Source: an uncultured Clostridium sp. (GTDB lineage Bacteria; Bacillota; Clostridia; TANB77; CAG-508). From it: a stretch of 64,000 bases of DNA. Location of the stretch: NCBI GenBank assembly GCA_947064765.1, contig CAMSWH010000004.1, positions 1,782 through 65,781 of the forward strand, given 5' to 3'. The first letter of the stretch is position 1; every line of letters begins with the position of its first letter. Positions 1 through 11,104 of the stretch are shown here, in pieces. A program made the translations under genes and the position numbers. A model generated the notes under the pieces. It saw nothing but the letters and a program-made list of their open reading frames with translations. It did not search any database and was not told where the DNA came from.

Positions 1-120
1 AATGGAGCAAGAGAACTATTAGAACTTAAACTTGATAAAGAAAATCAAGATAAGTTAGATAATAGTTGTAAAATATTAACTGAGAATATGGAAAACATTA
101 GAAAAGCTTTAAAAGCTTAG
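1..120 (+). CDS. 3' end of an upstream gene entering from the window edge (product unknown)
   Basis: Frame 1 is stop-free from base 1 to TAG 118-120 (...NMENIRKALKA*). No start is visible. Confidence 0.35.
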   Translation, partial: NGARELLELKLDKENQDKLDNSCKILTENMENIRKALKA

Positions 121-167
121 AGAAATATGTTATAATAATGTTATCACGTATTTTAGGAGGTAGCATT

Positions 168-611
168 ATGATAGAGGTTAAGGTTCGGTATGTAACAGAT
201 GATATTTCTGATTATGAAACCTTTATGGAGATGCATGAAAATTTTACTTATGTGCATGAAGATGAAATTGAATTTCCTCGTAAACCAGTAATCAAGGATT
301 ACGAGCAATTCAAAATTTGTGTACAGAATGAAGAGATTTTTATTGCAACAATGGGGGATGATGTGATTGGATATGCGGTTGCGCTTGGTTATACAGATGG
401 AGTCTGTAAGATTGCAGAAATCTATGTAAAACCAGAGAAAAGAAGGAAAGGACTGGGCAAAAAGTTTGTGGAGCAAATAGAGAAAGTTGCTCAAAGCGAA
501 GGCTTCAGAAAAATCCAGCTTAATTCTGCAACCATGGCAACAGATAATTTCTGGCATTCCTGCAACTTCAGACCGCTTAACGGAAGTGCATTGTACGAAT
601 TTTATTTTTAA
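168..611 (+). CDS. GNAT-family N-acetyltransferase
   Basis: ORF 138-611. Start moved to ATG 168, 7 nt after AGGAGG. Acetyl-CoA motif VKPEKRRKGLGKKF. GC-richer than the flanks. Confidence 0.75.
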   Translation: MIEVKVRYVTDDISDYETFMEMHENFTYVHEDEIEFPRKPVIKDYEQFKICVQNEEIFIATMGDDVIGYAVALGYTDGVCKIAEIYVKPEKRRKGLGKKFVEQIEKVAQSEGFRKIQLNSATMATDNFWHSCNFRPLNGSALYEFYF

Positions 612-621
612 CAGAAAAGAG

Positions 622-664
622 AAAAGTGGCTGTCCCAGTTCAGTATGAGGACATCCACTTTTTA
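622..664 (+). terminator. Rho-independent terminator
   Basis: AAAAGTGG...CCACTTTT stem followed by a T run, directly after the GNAT stop. Confidence 0.6.
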
Positions 665-749
665 CTAATTTAAGAAAAAAACTAGGTTATACCAAGAGTA
701 CAAATTACTGGTATAAAAATATTTTGTGTTTTATAACAAGTTAATATTG

Positions 750-1562
750 CTATTTAGATATATCATCTGTAGTAGATGTCTTTATTCCTATATAACGATT
801 TTCATCTACCTTTTTATTTAATTTAGCATAAAGCTCAGATATTTCCGCATATTTTTTTAATCTAGAAATTTGTTCTTCTCTTACTTTTTTAGCTAAATCT
901 ATTGTACTAATTTTCTGACCATCTTCTCTATTAATAGTAAGTTTTGAAAGTTTAGAACGTTGTTCTGTAGTTGCATAAGATAGTTTGGCAAAAAAAGTAT
1001 CAAGTTCTGATAGCATAAATTTATCTTCAATTTCACAAGCTTTTGAAAAGCTACTTGAGTCTATAACTTCAGATAATCTATCTTGAGAGTGTTTTAAAGT
1101 TTCAGAAGAAAGCTCTAGTGGTTTATAGTCTATGTCATGTGTAAATAAACTTTTTAAATGCATTTTATATGTATGATATAATTCATAATCTTCTCCAGAA
1201 ATTTTTGATTCCATATTTTGTCCAAATTCTGGATAAACTTCACTAATATTAGAAAAAAGTTCTTTTCTGAGATAAACAAGAAAATCTAATTTACGACTTG
1301 CTTTTATATTTTTTCTAAAATTGATATCAAAAAATTTATGGTTTTCTTCAAATATTCTCTCATGTTCAGCACGAGATTTTCCAGATATACCATATAAAAC
1401 AGGTGGTTTTACCATTAAAAGATTATCTGCTAATCTTGCCACTGATAACATATCATGATAATTTAATAATAAAGCTTGCTTAGTAGAAATATTATTTTTT
1501 ATATTTGTATAAGATGGTTGATCATACATTGAATGACTATGAATTTCTTTTTTATTGTTCAT
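750..1562 (-). CDS. hypothetical protein
   Basis: ORF 750-1577. Start moved to the Met of MNNKKEIH, which follows GGAGGT (1571-1576 on the complement). No recognisable motif. Confidence 0.6.
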   Translation of the reverse strand: MNNKKEIHSHSMYDQPSYTNIKNNISTKQALLLNYHDMLSVARLADNLLMVKPPVLYGISGKSRAEHERIFEENHKFFDINFRKNIKASRKLDFLVYLRKELFSNISEVYPEFGQNMESKISGEDYELYHTYKMHLKSLFTHDIDYKPLELSSETLKHSQDRLSEVIDSSSFSKACEIEDKFMLSELDTFFAKLSYATTEQRSKLSKLTINREDGQKISTIDLAKKVREEQISRLKKYAEISELYAKLNKKVDENRYIGIKTSTTDDISK

Positions 1563-1614
1563 AATTTTTACCTCCAAAGTAGAAGTATAGACCTGTTTAG
1601 TAAATTTGTCAATA

Positions 1615-2511
1615 TTAAAATAGTAAATTAATCATACCTAATATAAATCCAATTAATGCTCCTAAGTTTACTAAAGCATTTAGCTCTTTTTTCATGATGA
1701 ATAATATAAGTTTTTCTAGTTCTAAAATATCCATTGAATTAATTTTTTCTTTAACTATACTAGAAATATCTATAAATTTTATTATGCTTGGTAATTTCTC
1801 TATAATAAATTTTTCATAAATATTTAGTAGAATATTTGTAAGATTGATATTAGAATTATTAATTTGATTAGTAATATCAGCAATGCTAGATTTAGTTATT
1901 TTATTAACTTCTGATATTATCATTTTATTTATTAAATCTTTACCATTTAAATTAATATATTCATTTATTTTAATACTAGCAGTTTCAGAAATTGATGATA
2001 TTATAGCTTTTCCACCTAAAAGCCCAAGTACAGAGCCTTTTAATCTTTCTTTTGCAGCAATTATAATTTGATCTGCTACTACATTTCCTAAATTAGAATT
2101 TTTTATAGTTTCAAAAATACTAGAAGTTAGGTTATTTTCTATAATTTCTATGGTTTGATTATAATTATTTTCATTTATATATGAAGAAATAATTTTACAA
2201 ATAGGAGTGCTATTTTCACTAGAAGAGTTTAAAAAATTTGTAAGATTTTCTTCTATTTGTGATTTTATAGAATCTGATAATAAAGTATTTTTTAAAGTTT
2301 CTTCTGTTAATAAGTTATTACTAATAGAATCTCCAATAGCTTCCGCAAGTCTTTCTTTATTTTTTGGAATAATTCCAGGAGTAAATGGTAAAGTGAAATT
2401 TCCTATTTTTACAGGATTTAAAGGTCTAAACATCATTTTTACTGCAATCCAGTTTGTAACATATCCAATACCTGCGCCTATTAAAGGTCTAATTATAATA
2501 GAATAATTCAT
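1615..2511 (-). CDS. DUF445-family membrane protein
   Basis: N-terminal GIGYVTNWIAVKMMFRP signature and a C-terminal hydrophobic helix. Confidence 0.7.
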   Translation of the reverse strand: MNYSIIIRPLIGAGIGYVTNWIAVKMMFRPLNPVKIGNFTLPFTPGIIPKNKERLAEAIGDSISNNLLTEETLKNTLLSDSIKSQIEENLTNFLNSSSENSTPICKIISSYINENNYNQTIEIIENNLTSSIFETIKNSNLGNVVADQIIIAAKERLKGSVLGLLGGKAIISSISETASIKINEYINLNGKDLINKMIISEVNKITKSSIADITNQINNSNINLTNILLNIYEKFIIEKLPSIIKFIDISSIVKEKINSMDILELEKLILFIMKKELNALVNLGALIGFILGMINLLF

Positions 2512-2724
2512 ATAAATTCTCCTTTTTATTATAATGTTAATTATTAGATTTTAAGTATCCTTATTTAATTGCAAAGTTTTGTGCTTTACATATTAAATAT
2601 CTTCTATTTTTATTCTTATTTAAATTGATTATATAATCTATAAATAAAAATTGCAAATGATAAATTTACCTATTGAAATTTTAAAATAATATCTGTATAA
2701 TAGAAATGTATTTTGAATACGGAG

Positions 2725-2804
2725 ATGAATAAGTATGATTTTATGCAAGTATAAGCATAATAAAAAATCTAAGTGGAAAAGTAGGTTAGAAATAACTTAT
2801 TCAT
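2725..2804 (+). promoter_or_regulatory. candidate structured leader (three-helix junction) upstream of purA; class not recognised
   Basis: A 10-bp closing helix ATGAATAAGT (2725-2734) / ACTTATTCAT (2795-2804) encloses hairpins TTATGC/GCATAA (2741-2760) and TCTAA/TTAGA (2768-2790). Confidence 0.3.
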
Positions 2805-2835
2805 TTAGTATAGATAAAAAGCATCCAAATATAAA

Positions 2836-2869
2836 AAGAAGGTAGAATTATACTACCTTCTTATTTTTT
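2836..2869 (+). terminator. leader terminator/attenuator 67 nt upstream of the purA start
   Basis: AAGAAGGTAG (2836-2845) / CTACCTTCTT (2853-2862) followed by ATTTTTT. Confidence 0.55.
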
Positions 2870-2897
2870 GCTTTTTAGTGAAAAGAGGATTTACTAA

Positions 2898-4199
<1,302 letters not shown>

Positions 4200-4217
4200 A
4201 AGAAAGGAAGATAGAAA

Positions 4218-5559
4218 ATGAAAGAAGTTGATTTATTACTTGCGATTTCTCCAATTGATGGAAGATATCACGGTATTACAGAAAAGATAAATGAATATTT
4301 TAGTGAATATGCTTTTATAAAATACAGAGTTATAATTGAATTTGATTGGTTGAGCTTTTTGATTAAGAAAATAAATAAAGAAGAGGTTAGCTTTAAAAAA
4401 ATTATAGATGATTTTCATATAAATGATGTTAGAAGAATAAAAGAAATAGAAGAAAAAACAAATCATGATGTAAAAGCAATAGAATATTATGTTAGAGAAA
4501 AACTAAAAGAAAATAACTTAGAGAAATACACTAATTTTGTTCATTTTGGTTGTACATCAGAAGATATAAATAATATTGCTTATGGAAAAATGATAAAAGA
4601 TTTTATGAATAATACATTAAATAATGATATGTGGCGATTAATATATACTGTAAAAATGGAAGCTATTAAGTTATCTAACTTACCAATGTTAGGACATACT
4701 CATGGACAACATGCTACTCCAACTACTGTTCGGAAAAGAACTTGCAGTATTTGTATATAGATGGAATAGTATTTTAGAATTAATTAAAGGTATAAAATTA
4801 AAAGGAAAATTTAGTGGAGCTGTAGGAAATTTTAATGCACATTATACAGCATATCCAGAAATAGATTGGATAAATACAGCAAAAGAATTTGTTGAAAGCG
4901 AGGGATTAGAATTTAATCCATTAACAACACAAATAGAATCACATGATATGATAAGTGTACTATTTAGTTATATAAAATTATTTAATAATATAACAATGGA
5001 TTTTAATAATGATATGTGGCTTTATATAAGTATGGGATATTTTAAACAAAAAGTTATTAAAGATGAAGTAGGTTCTTCTGTAATGCCACACAAGGTAAAT
5101 CCAATAAATTATGAAAATTCTATGGCTAATATTCGTATAGGAAATTCAATATTAGACTGTTTAAGTAATAATCTTCAAATATCCAGAATGCAAAGAGATT
5201 TAAGTGATTCGTCAATGCTTAGAAATATAGGAGTAGCTTTTGCACATACAATAATATCAATTAATCAAACTATAAAAGGATTTTTGAAGATGGAGATAAA
5301 TGAAGAGATGATAAAAAAAGATTTAGAAAATTCACCAGAAGTTTTAGCAGAAGCAATACAAACTATTTTGAGAAAAAATGGTTTTGATAATGCATATGAA
5401 CTTTTAAAAGAATTTACTAGAGGAAAAAATATTACATTAGAAAGTTTAAGAGAATTTGTGAAAGAATTAGATATACATGAAGAGGAAAAAAATATGTTGT
5501 TAAATTTGACACCAGAAAGTTATATAGGGCTTTCAAAAAAACTATGTAATTTTATTTAA
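4218..5559 (+). pseudogene. purB: adenylosuccinate lyase interrupted by a +1 frameshift
   Basis: Two overlapping ORFs (4218-4760 and 4702-5559) are the N- and C-halves of PurB. GHTHGQHATPTT runs into the wrong frame, and FGKELAVFVYRW continues in the next frame. Removing G4728 restores TTFGKEL. Confidence 0.85.
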
Positions 5560-5740
5560 TATAAAAATTCTTAGTATTAATTAATTTATTTATTAAATTA
5601 TTACTTATAGTAGTATTTTATGAAACTTTACAGAAATTTTTATAATATAAAAAAGATTGGAAATAATAAATTTAGAATATTTAGATTTTAGTAGCATATA
5701 TAAATTGTGTACAAGAAAAATAATTATAGAAAATGCTGTT

Positions 5741-5772
5741 AAAGGAGGAGGTATGATATTTTAATATCATAC
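5741..5772 (+). promoter_or_regulatory. strong SD plus 3-codon mini-ORF embedded in a hairpin, upstream of the antiporter start
   Basis: AAAGGAGGAGG (5741-5751), then ATG ATA TTT TAA (5753-5764). Hairpin GTATGATAT (5751-5759) / ATATCATAC (5764-5772). Confidence 0.35.
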
Positions 5773-5782
5773 AAAAATTATT

Positions 5783-6742
5783 ATGATCTTAAATTTTTTA
5801 TTTATAATAATTGGATTTGCACTTTTGATAAAAGGAGCAGATTTTTTAGTTGATGGTTCAAGTAGTATAGCTAAAAAATTTCATATTCCAGAAATAATAA
5901 TAGGCTTAACAATAGTATCTGTAGGAACTTCAATGCCAGAATTAATGGTAAGTTTAACATCAGCTTTAGATGGTCATTCTGATATGGCTATTGGAAACAT
6001 AGTAGGTAGTAATATATCAAATTTATTTTTTATCTTAGGTGCATGTGCAGCAGTAAGACCTTTAAGATTTAAAGAACAAACTGTTAGATTAGAAATTCCA
6101 TTAGTAATATTTTTAACAGCATTATTATACATTTTTGGAAATAATGGTACTGATAATATAATTACAAAACAAGAAGGATTTATATTAGTTGTTTTTTGTG
6201 TTTTATTTATTTTATATAATATTTTTATGGCAAAAAGAGAAGGCATAGATATAACTGAAGAATCAGAAGTTTCTAAAAAGAATTCTAGTTTTAAAGCAAT
6301 ATTCAATATAATAATTGGAATTATAGCATTAAAATTTGGTGGAGATTTTGTAGTTGATAATGCATCAGCTATAGCTGCTAAACTTGGAGTTAGTGAAAAA
6401 GTAATTAGTTTAACGATAGTTGCTTTTAGCACAAGTCTACCAGAATTAATAACATCAATAAATGCAACTTTTAAAGGAGAAATAGATATGGCAATAGGAA
6501 ATGTAATTGGTTCTAATATCTTTAATATTGTGCTTATTGTAGGAGCAACAGCTTTAATAAATCCAATAGCATATTCAACTTCTTATAATAAAGATATAGT
6601 TATTTTTATGATAGGAATGATAGCACTTGGAATAATTCCATTTCTAGGTGAAAAAAACAAGATTTCAAGATGGAGTGGAATGGCATATGTAATTTCTTAT
6701 TTTTCATATATGGCAAGTTTAGTTTACGTAAATATAATGTAA
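5783..6742 (+). CDS. Ca2+/Na+ antiporter (CaCA family, YrbG-like)
   Basis: Two internal alpha-repeat motifs (GTSMPEL and STSLPEL), GNIVGSNI/GNVIGSNI, and about 10 TM segments. Confidence 0.8.
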   Translation: MILNFLFIIIGFALLIKGADFLVDGSSSIAKKFHIPEIIIGLTIVSVGTSMPELMVSLTSALDGHSDMAIGNIVGSNISNLFFILGACAAVRPLRFKEQTVRLEIPLVIFLTALLYIFGNNGTDNIITKQEGFILVVFCVLFILYNIFMAKREGIDITEESEVSKKNSSFKAIFNIIIGIIALKFGGDFVVDNASAIAAKLGVSEKVISLTIVAFSTSLPELITSINATFKGEIDMAIGNVIGSNIFNIVLIVGATALINPIAYSTSYNKDIVIFMIGMIALGIIPFLGEKNKISRWSGMAYVISYFSYMASLVYVNIM

Positions 6743-6995
6743 AAATATAACTTAAATTATTTTAAGATTTTATTTTCTTAAAGTAAATAATTTTTGTAAA
6801 TATGTAAAATTTTAAATAATTTACATAAAATTTACAAAAAAGTATTTATTTTCTTCACAATTTGTGATAAAATATATTTGTTGAGTGTGCAAAATTTAAT
6901 AAACAATAAATTTTCAACATACTACGTATGAAAAAATAAGCAATTAATTGCTTTTTAAAAACTATAAATGTGATTACATATATAGGAGGAAATAT

Positions 6996-8132
6996 ATGAC
7001 GAAACCAAATATGAGTTTTGCAGTTAATGATGGCGCAGTAGTATGCAATTTAATAAGTGGAGAGTATAGAGCTAGACTATTGTCAAGAAACAATCCAGAA
7101 AAAAGAGAATTATACAGAAATCGTAGAGTTATGGATACAACACCTGTAATAACTAGATTTATACAAAATCACCAAGGAGTTTTTTCAAATAGAAAATTAA
7201 TTCATTCAGATGGAACAAATTTCTTTGGAGAAATAGTGCCACTTTCATCACTTGCAGGAACAGAGTCACATAAAGAAATGTTAAAAAGTAGATTAAAATA
7301 TGAGTATGATTTAACAGACGAAGAACTACCAGAAATGGATAGTTTTATAGAGGATTTATATAGATTAAATCAAGAACCAGAAATAAAAAGTATAGTTAAT
7401 GAAACAAAGAGTTACAAGAATTCTATAGAAAGAATTTGGAGACTAAATGAAACAGCAGTAATGAATCATATAAAATCAGTTTTAGGAACGTACGAACCAG
7501 AAAACTTAGGAAAAGTTAGTACATATATAATGTATCCTAATTTTGATACACATAGAAGTTATCAATTAACAGGAAATAAAACATTCTTATTTTTTGCTAA
7601 ATCTGGAGAAAGTAATCCAAATAAGATAATAGCATCACTTGCACACCAAGCAGTACATCAACCAATGTTACCATATAAACCATCAATGACTAAAAAAGAA
7701 AAAGATGAATTTCATGCATTCATAAAATTCTTAACTGATAAAGACATATACAATAAATTTTCTGGAAATAGTTATTTAGATATAGTAACACAAGGCGAAG
7801 ATTCAGAAGTAATGGGAAGAATATACCCATTTTGGCTTGGATATAGATATAGAAATGCTGATAAAGAAGGATTAAATCCAGCAGAAGAAATAGAAAAAGC
7901 AATAAATAGAGATAAAGAATATTTTGATAGATTACCAGCAAATTCTAAAAAGAAAAAATTATATAAAAGTTATGAATTTGAAAAATTAGATTCAGAAAAA
8001 ATTGCAAGATTCTTTAAAGCAAAAAGGGCAATAACACCATATGAATTTGCAAAACTTGATTTTGAAGATAAGCAAAATATATATCAAGATAGATATTTAG
8101 ATGTTACTTATCCAATGTCAGGAGTAAGATAG
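6996..8132 (+). CDS. hypothetical protein
   Basis: ORF 6948-8132. Start moved to ATG 6996 behind AGGAGGA. No recognisable motif. Confidence 0.6.
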   Translation: MTKPNMSFAVNDGAVVCNLISGEYRARLLSRNNPEKRELYRNRRVMDTTPVITRFIQNHQGVFSNRKLIHSDGTNFFGEIVPLSSLAGTESHKEMLKSRLKYEYDLTDEELPEMDSFIEDLYRLNQEPEIKSIVNETKSYKNSIERIWRLNETAVMNHIKSVLGTYEPENLGKVSTYIMYPNFDTHRSYQLTGNKTFLFFAKSGESNPNKIIASLAHQAVHQPMLPYKPSMTKKEKDEFHAFIKFLTDKDIYNKFSGNSYLDIVTQGEDSEVMGRIYPFWLGYRYRNADKEGLNPAEEIEKAINRDKEYFDRLPANSKKKKLYKSYEFEKLDSEKIARFFKAKRAITPYEFAKLDFEDKQNIYQDRYLDVTYPMSGVR

Positions 8133-8154
8133 AAAATCCTAAAATTATCATATA

Positions 8155-8191
8155 AAAACTGTTATTACTAGCCAGTAATAGCAGTTTTTTG
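8155..8191 (+). terminator. Rho-independent terminator
   Basis: CTGTTATTACT / AGTAATAGCAG stem followed by TTTTTT. Confidence 0.7.
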
Positions 8192-8271
8192 TTGTTAAAA
8201 AAAAGAATTTATGATAATATAAGTGAATAAATATAACAAATAAAACAATACTAATAGAAAAGGAGAGTTTA

Positions 8272-9552
8272 ATGAGCAAAATCAGTTTAGAATTAAAACA
8301 AGGTATAAAAGCACATTTTATAAAAACAGATTTATATAAAACAGATCTTTCATGTATTATATTAACTACAACTTTAAAAAGAGATACTGTAACAAAAAAT
8401 GCATTAATACCATTTATGCTTAGAAGAGGAACAAACAGACTTCCAAATCAATATTTAATAAATAAAGAATTGGAAAATATGTATGGAGCCTCTTTTAATT
8501 GTGGTGTTGATAAAATGGGAGATAATATAGTTTTAAAATTTTATATAGAATCTATAGGTAATGAATATGCTCTAAATGGAGAAAATATTTTAAAAATGAA
8601 TATAGAAAATATTTTAGACTTAGTATTTGATCCTGTAAAAGATGGCAATAATTTAAATAAAGATTTTTTAGAGATTGAAAAAGATAATTTAAAAAAAGTT
8701 ATTGAAAGTAAGATTGATGATAAAGATTCATATGCGTTAGATAACTGTATTTCTACAATGTATGGAGATAGTGGATTTGGGCTGTATAAATATGGATATT
8801 CAGAAGATGTGGATAAAATAACAATAGAGGATATATCAGAATATTATGAATGGTTAATTCAGAATTCCAAAATAGATATATTTATATCAGGTAATATTAA
8901 TGAAGAGGATACTAAAAAGCTTTTATTAGAAAATAAAAATATAAGAAAATTAAAACCCAGAATTGAAAATTATACATTAAATAATGAATTTACAGAAAGA
9001 AAACAAATTGTGGAAAATGTTAAAGAAATTCAAGAAAATATGAATGTTACTCAAGGAAAATTAGTATTAGGATTAGATATTGTAGAAAGTATGGATAATT
9101 TGCAAGCAACTGCATTAGTATATAATGCTATTTTAGGTGATGGAGCAAATTCAATGATGTTCCAAAATGTAAGGGAAAAAGCAAGTTTAGCATATTCTGC
9201 AAAAAGCACTTTTGTAAAACAAAAATTAAATATATTTATTAGATGTGGAATACAAATTGAAAATTATGAAAAAGCATTAGATATTATAAAAGTACAACTT
9301 GAAAATATCAAAAAAGGAGAATTTACAAAAGAAGATATTGATAATGCTAAAACATATTTAATTTCTGGAATAAAAAATGTTGAAGAAGAACAAGATACAG
9401 AAGTTGTATTTTATATAGGACAAGAAATATCAAAAACTAATATTAGTTTAGAAGAATATATTAAAAGAATAGAAAAAGTATCAAAAGAAGATATATTAAA
9501 ATTAGCAAATTCTATTAATATAAATACAGTTTACTTTTTATCTTCTAAGTAA
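8272..9552 (+). CDS. M16 (pitrilysin) family protein lacking the zinc motif, probably the non-catalytic partner
   Basis: M16 fold-length protein. The position of HxxEH reads LIPFMLRRGT. Confidence 0.7.
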   Translation: MSKISLELKQGIKAHFIKTDLYKTDLSCIILTTTLKRDTVTKNALIPFMLRRGTNRLPNQYLINKELENMYGASFNCGVDKMGDNIVLKFYIESIGNEYALNGENILKMNIENILDLVFDPVKDGNNLNKDFLEIEKDNLKKVIESKIDDKDSYALDNCISTMYGDSGFGLYKYGYSEDVDKITIEDISEYYEWLIQNSKIDIFISGNINEEDTKKLLLENKNIRKLKPRIENYTLNNEFTERKQIVENVKEIQENMNVTQGKLVLGLDIVESMDNLQATALVYNAILGDGANSMMFQNVREKASLAYSAKSTFVKQKLNIFIRCGIQIENYEKALDIIKVQLENIKKGEFTKEDIDNAKTYLISGIKNVEEEQDTEVVFYIGQEISKTNISLEEYIKRIEKVSKEDILKLANSININTVYFLSSK

Positions 9553-9693
9553 AGTTAGTATAGAACTTTTAGTAGAAGAAAATTATGACAAACATTGGAT
9601 TTTGTAGCAGTTTAAGTTATGTACAAAATCTTAATTCTATTTTTAAAGAAATTAAAAGAAATAATATGTTTATTTTAAAAAGGAGATATTAAA

Positions 9694-10968
9694 TTGCAAA
9701 TAATAGAAAATAGTAAAATTAAAGAAAAATTATATGTTGAAAAATTAAGTAATGGACTAACAGTAATAATTTTGCCTAAAAAAACTAGAAAAAAATATAT
9801 TGTGTGGAGTACAAATTTTGGTTCTATAGATAACAAATTTTATGCGCCAGGAGAAGATATATTAACAGTTGTGCCAGACGGAATTGCACATTATTTAGAA
9901 CATAAATTATTTGAACAAGAAAATGGTAGAAATAGTTTAGATGTACTTACATCAATAGGTGTTGATGCAAACGCATATACGACTAATGACCATACAGCAT
10001 ATTTATTTGAGTGTACAGATAATTTTGATGAAGCTTTAGAAGAATTTATGAATTATGTTCAAAATCCATATTTTACTGATGAAAATGTTGAAAAAGAGCG
10101 TGGAATTATAGAACAAGAAATTATGATGTATGATGATGAGCCAACATGGTCATTATATATGAATGCTTTAAAATGTATGTATAAAGATAATGAAATAAAT
10201 ATTGATGTAGCAGGAACCAAAGAAACTATAGCAGAAATTGATAAAGATAAATTATATAAAATATATAATTCATTTTATAGACCTGATAATATGATAATTG
10301 TTCTTGCAGGAGACTTTGAGCCAGAATCAGCTTTAGAAAAAATAAAATCTAAAATGACATTAAAAGCAGTCGAAGAAGAGACTAAAAGAGTATATAATGA
10401 AGAAAAACTAGACATAGTTGAAAAATATATAGAAAAAGAAATGGATATAAGTATGCCTTGTGTACTTATTGGATATAAGGATAATGACATTAAATCGAAT
10501 AAGATAAAAAAAGATATTTCAATAGAAATATTAGGAGACTTATTATTTGGTAAAAGTTCAGAAACTTTTGAAGAGTTATATGAATCAGGAAAAATACTTT
10601 CAGAACCTGGTATTAATTATGAATTTTCTAAAACATATGCACATACTTTAATTCAAGTTCAAACTAACTATGTGGAAGATGTAATTAAAGTAATAGACGA
10701 AAAAATTGAAAAGATGAAACAAACAGGAATAAATGAGGAAGATTTTAATAGAGCTAAAAAGAAAATCTATGGAGAGTTTATTAAAGATTATAATGAAGTT
10801 TCAACAATATCAAGTATCATAGTTGCAGACCACTTTAAAGGTATAGATTCTTTTGATTATTTTGAAGAATTTAAAGTTGTAAGTAAAGAATATGTAGAAA
10901 AAGTTTTAAAAGAAATATTTGTAGAAGACAGAAAAGTAATATCAGTAATAAAACCAATTAGTAAATAG
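9694..10968 (+). CDS. M16 family zinc peptidase (catalytic subunit)
   Basis: HxxEH present (GIAHYLEHKLFE). TTG start 8 nt after AGGAG. Confidence 0.85.
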   Translation: MQIIENSKIKEKLYVEKLSNGLTVIILPKKTRKKYIVWSTNFGSIDNKFYAPGEDILTVVPDGIAHYLEHKLFEQENGRNSLDVLTSIGVDANAYTTNDHTAYLFECTDNFDEALEEFMNYVQNPYFTDENVEKERGIIEQEIMMYDDEPTWSLYMNALKCMYKDNEINIDVAGTKETIAEIDKDKLYKIYNSFYRPDNMIIVLAGDFEPESALEKIKSKMTLKAVEEETKRVYNEEKLDIVEKYIEKEMDISMPCVLIGYKDNDIKSNKIKKDISIEILGDLLFGKSSETFEELYESGKILSEPGINYEFSKTYAHTLIQVQTNYVEDVIKVIDEKIEKMKQTGINEEDFNRAKKKIYGEFIKDYNEVSTISSIIVADHFKGIDSFDYFEEFKVVSKEYVEKVLKEIFVEDRKVISVIKPISK

Positions 10969-11104
10969 AAATCTTTAAAATATATGTATATATCAAACAA
11001 AAAACATTTAAGTGATTTTTGTTTTTGCATTATGTTATACTATAAATTTTTAAAGTTCTTGTTAAAGGAATAATAATTTATTAATGAAAAGGTAATTGGT
11101 GTTT

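Noticed and set aside
2725-2804. Calling the purA leader a purine (guanine/adenine) riboswitch.
   Set aside because: The three-helix shape is similar. But the conserved junction and loop nucleotides of the purine class (UAUAAU, GUUUCUACC, CCGACUA-type strings) are absent. ZTP and PRPP-type signatures are also absent. It is therefore reported only as an unclassified candidate.
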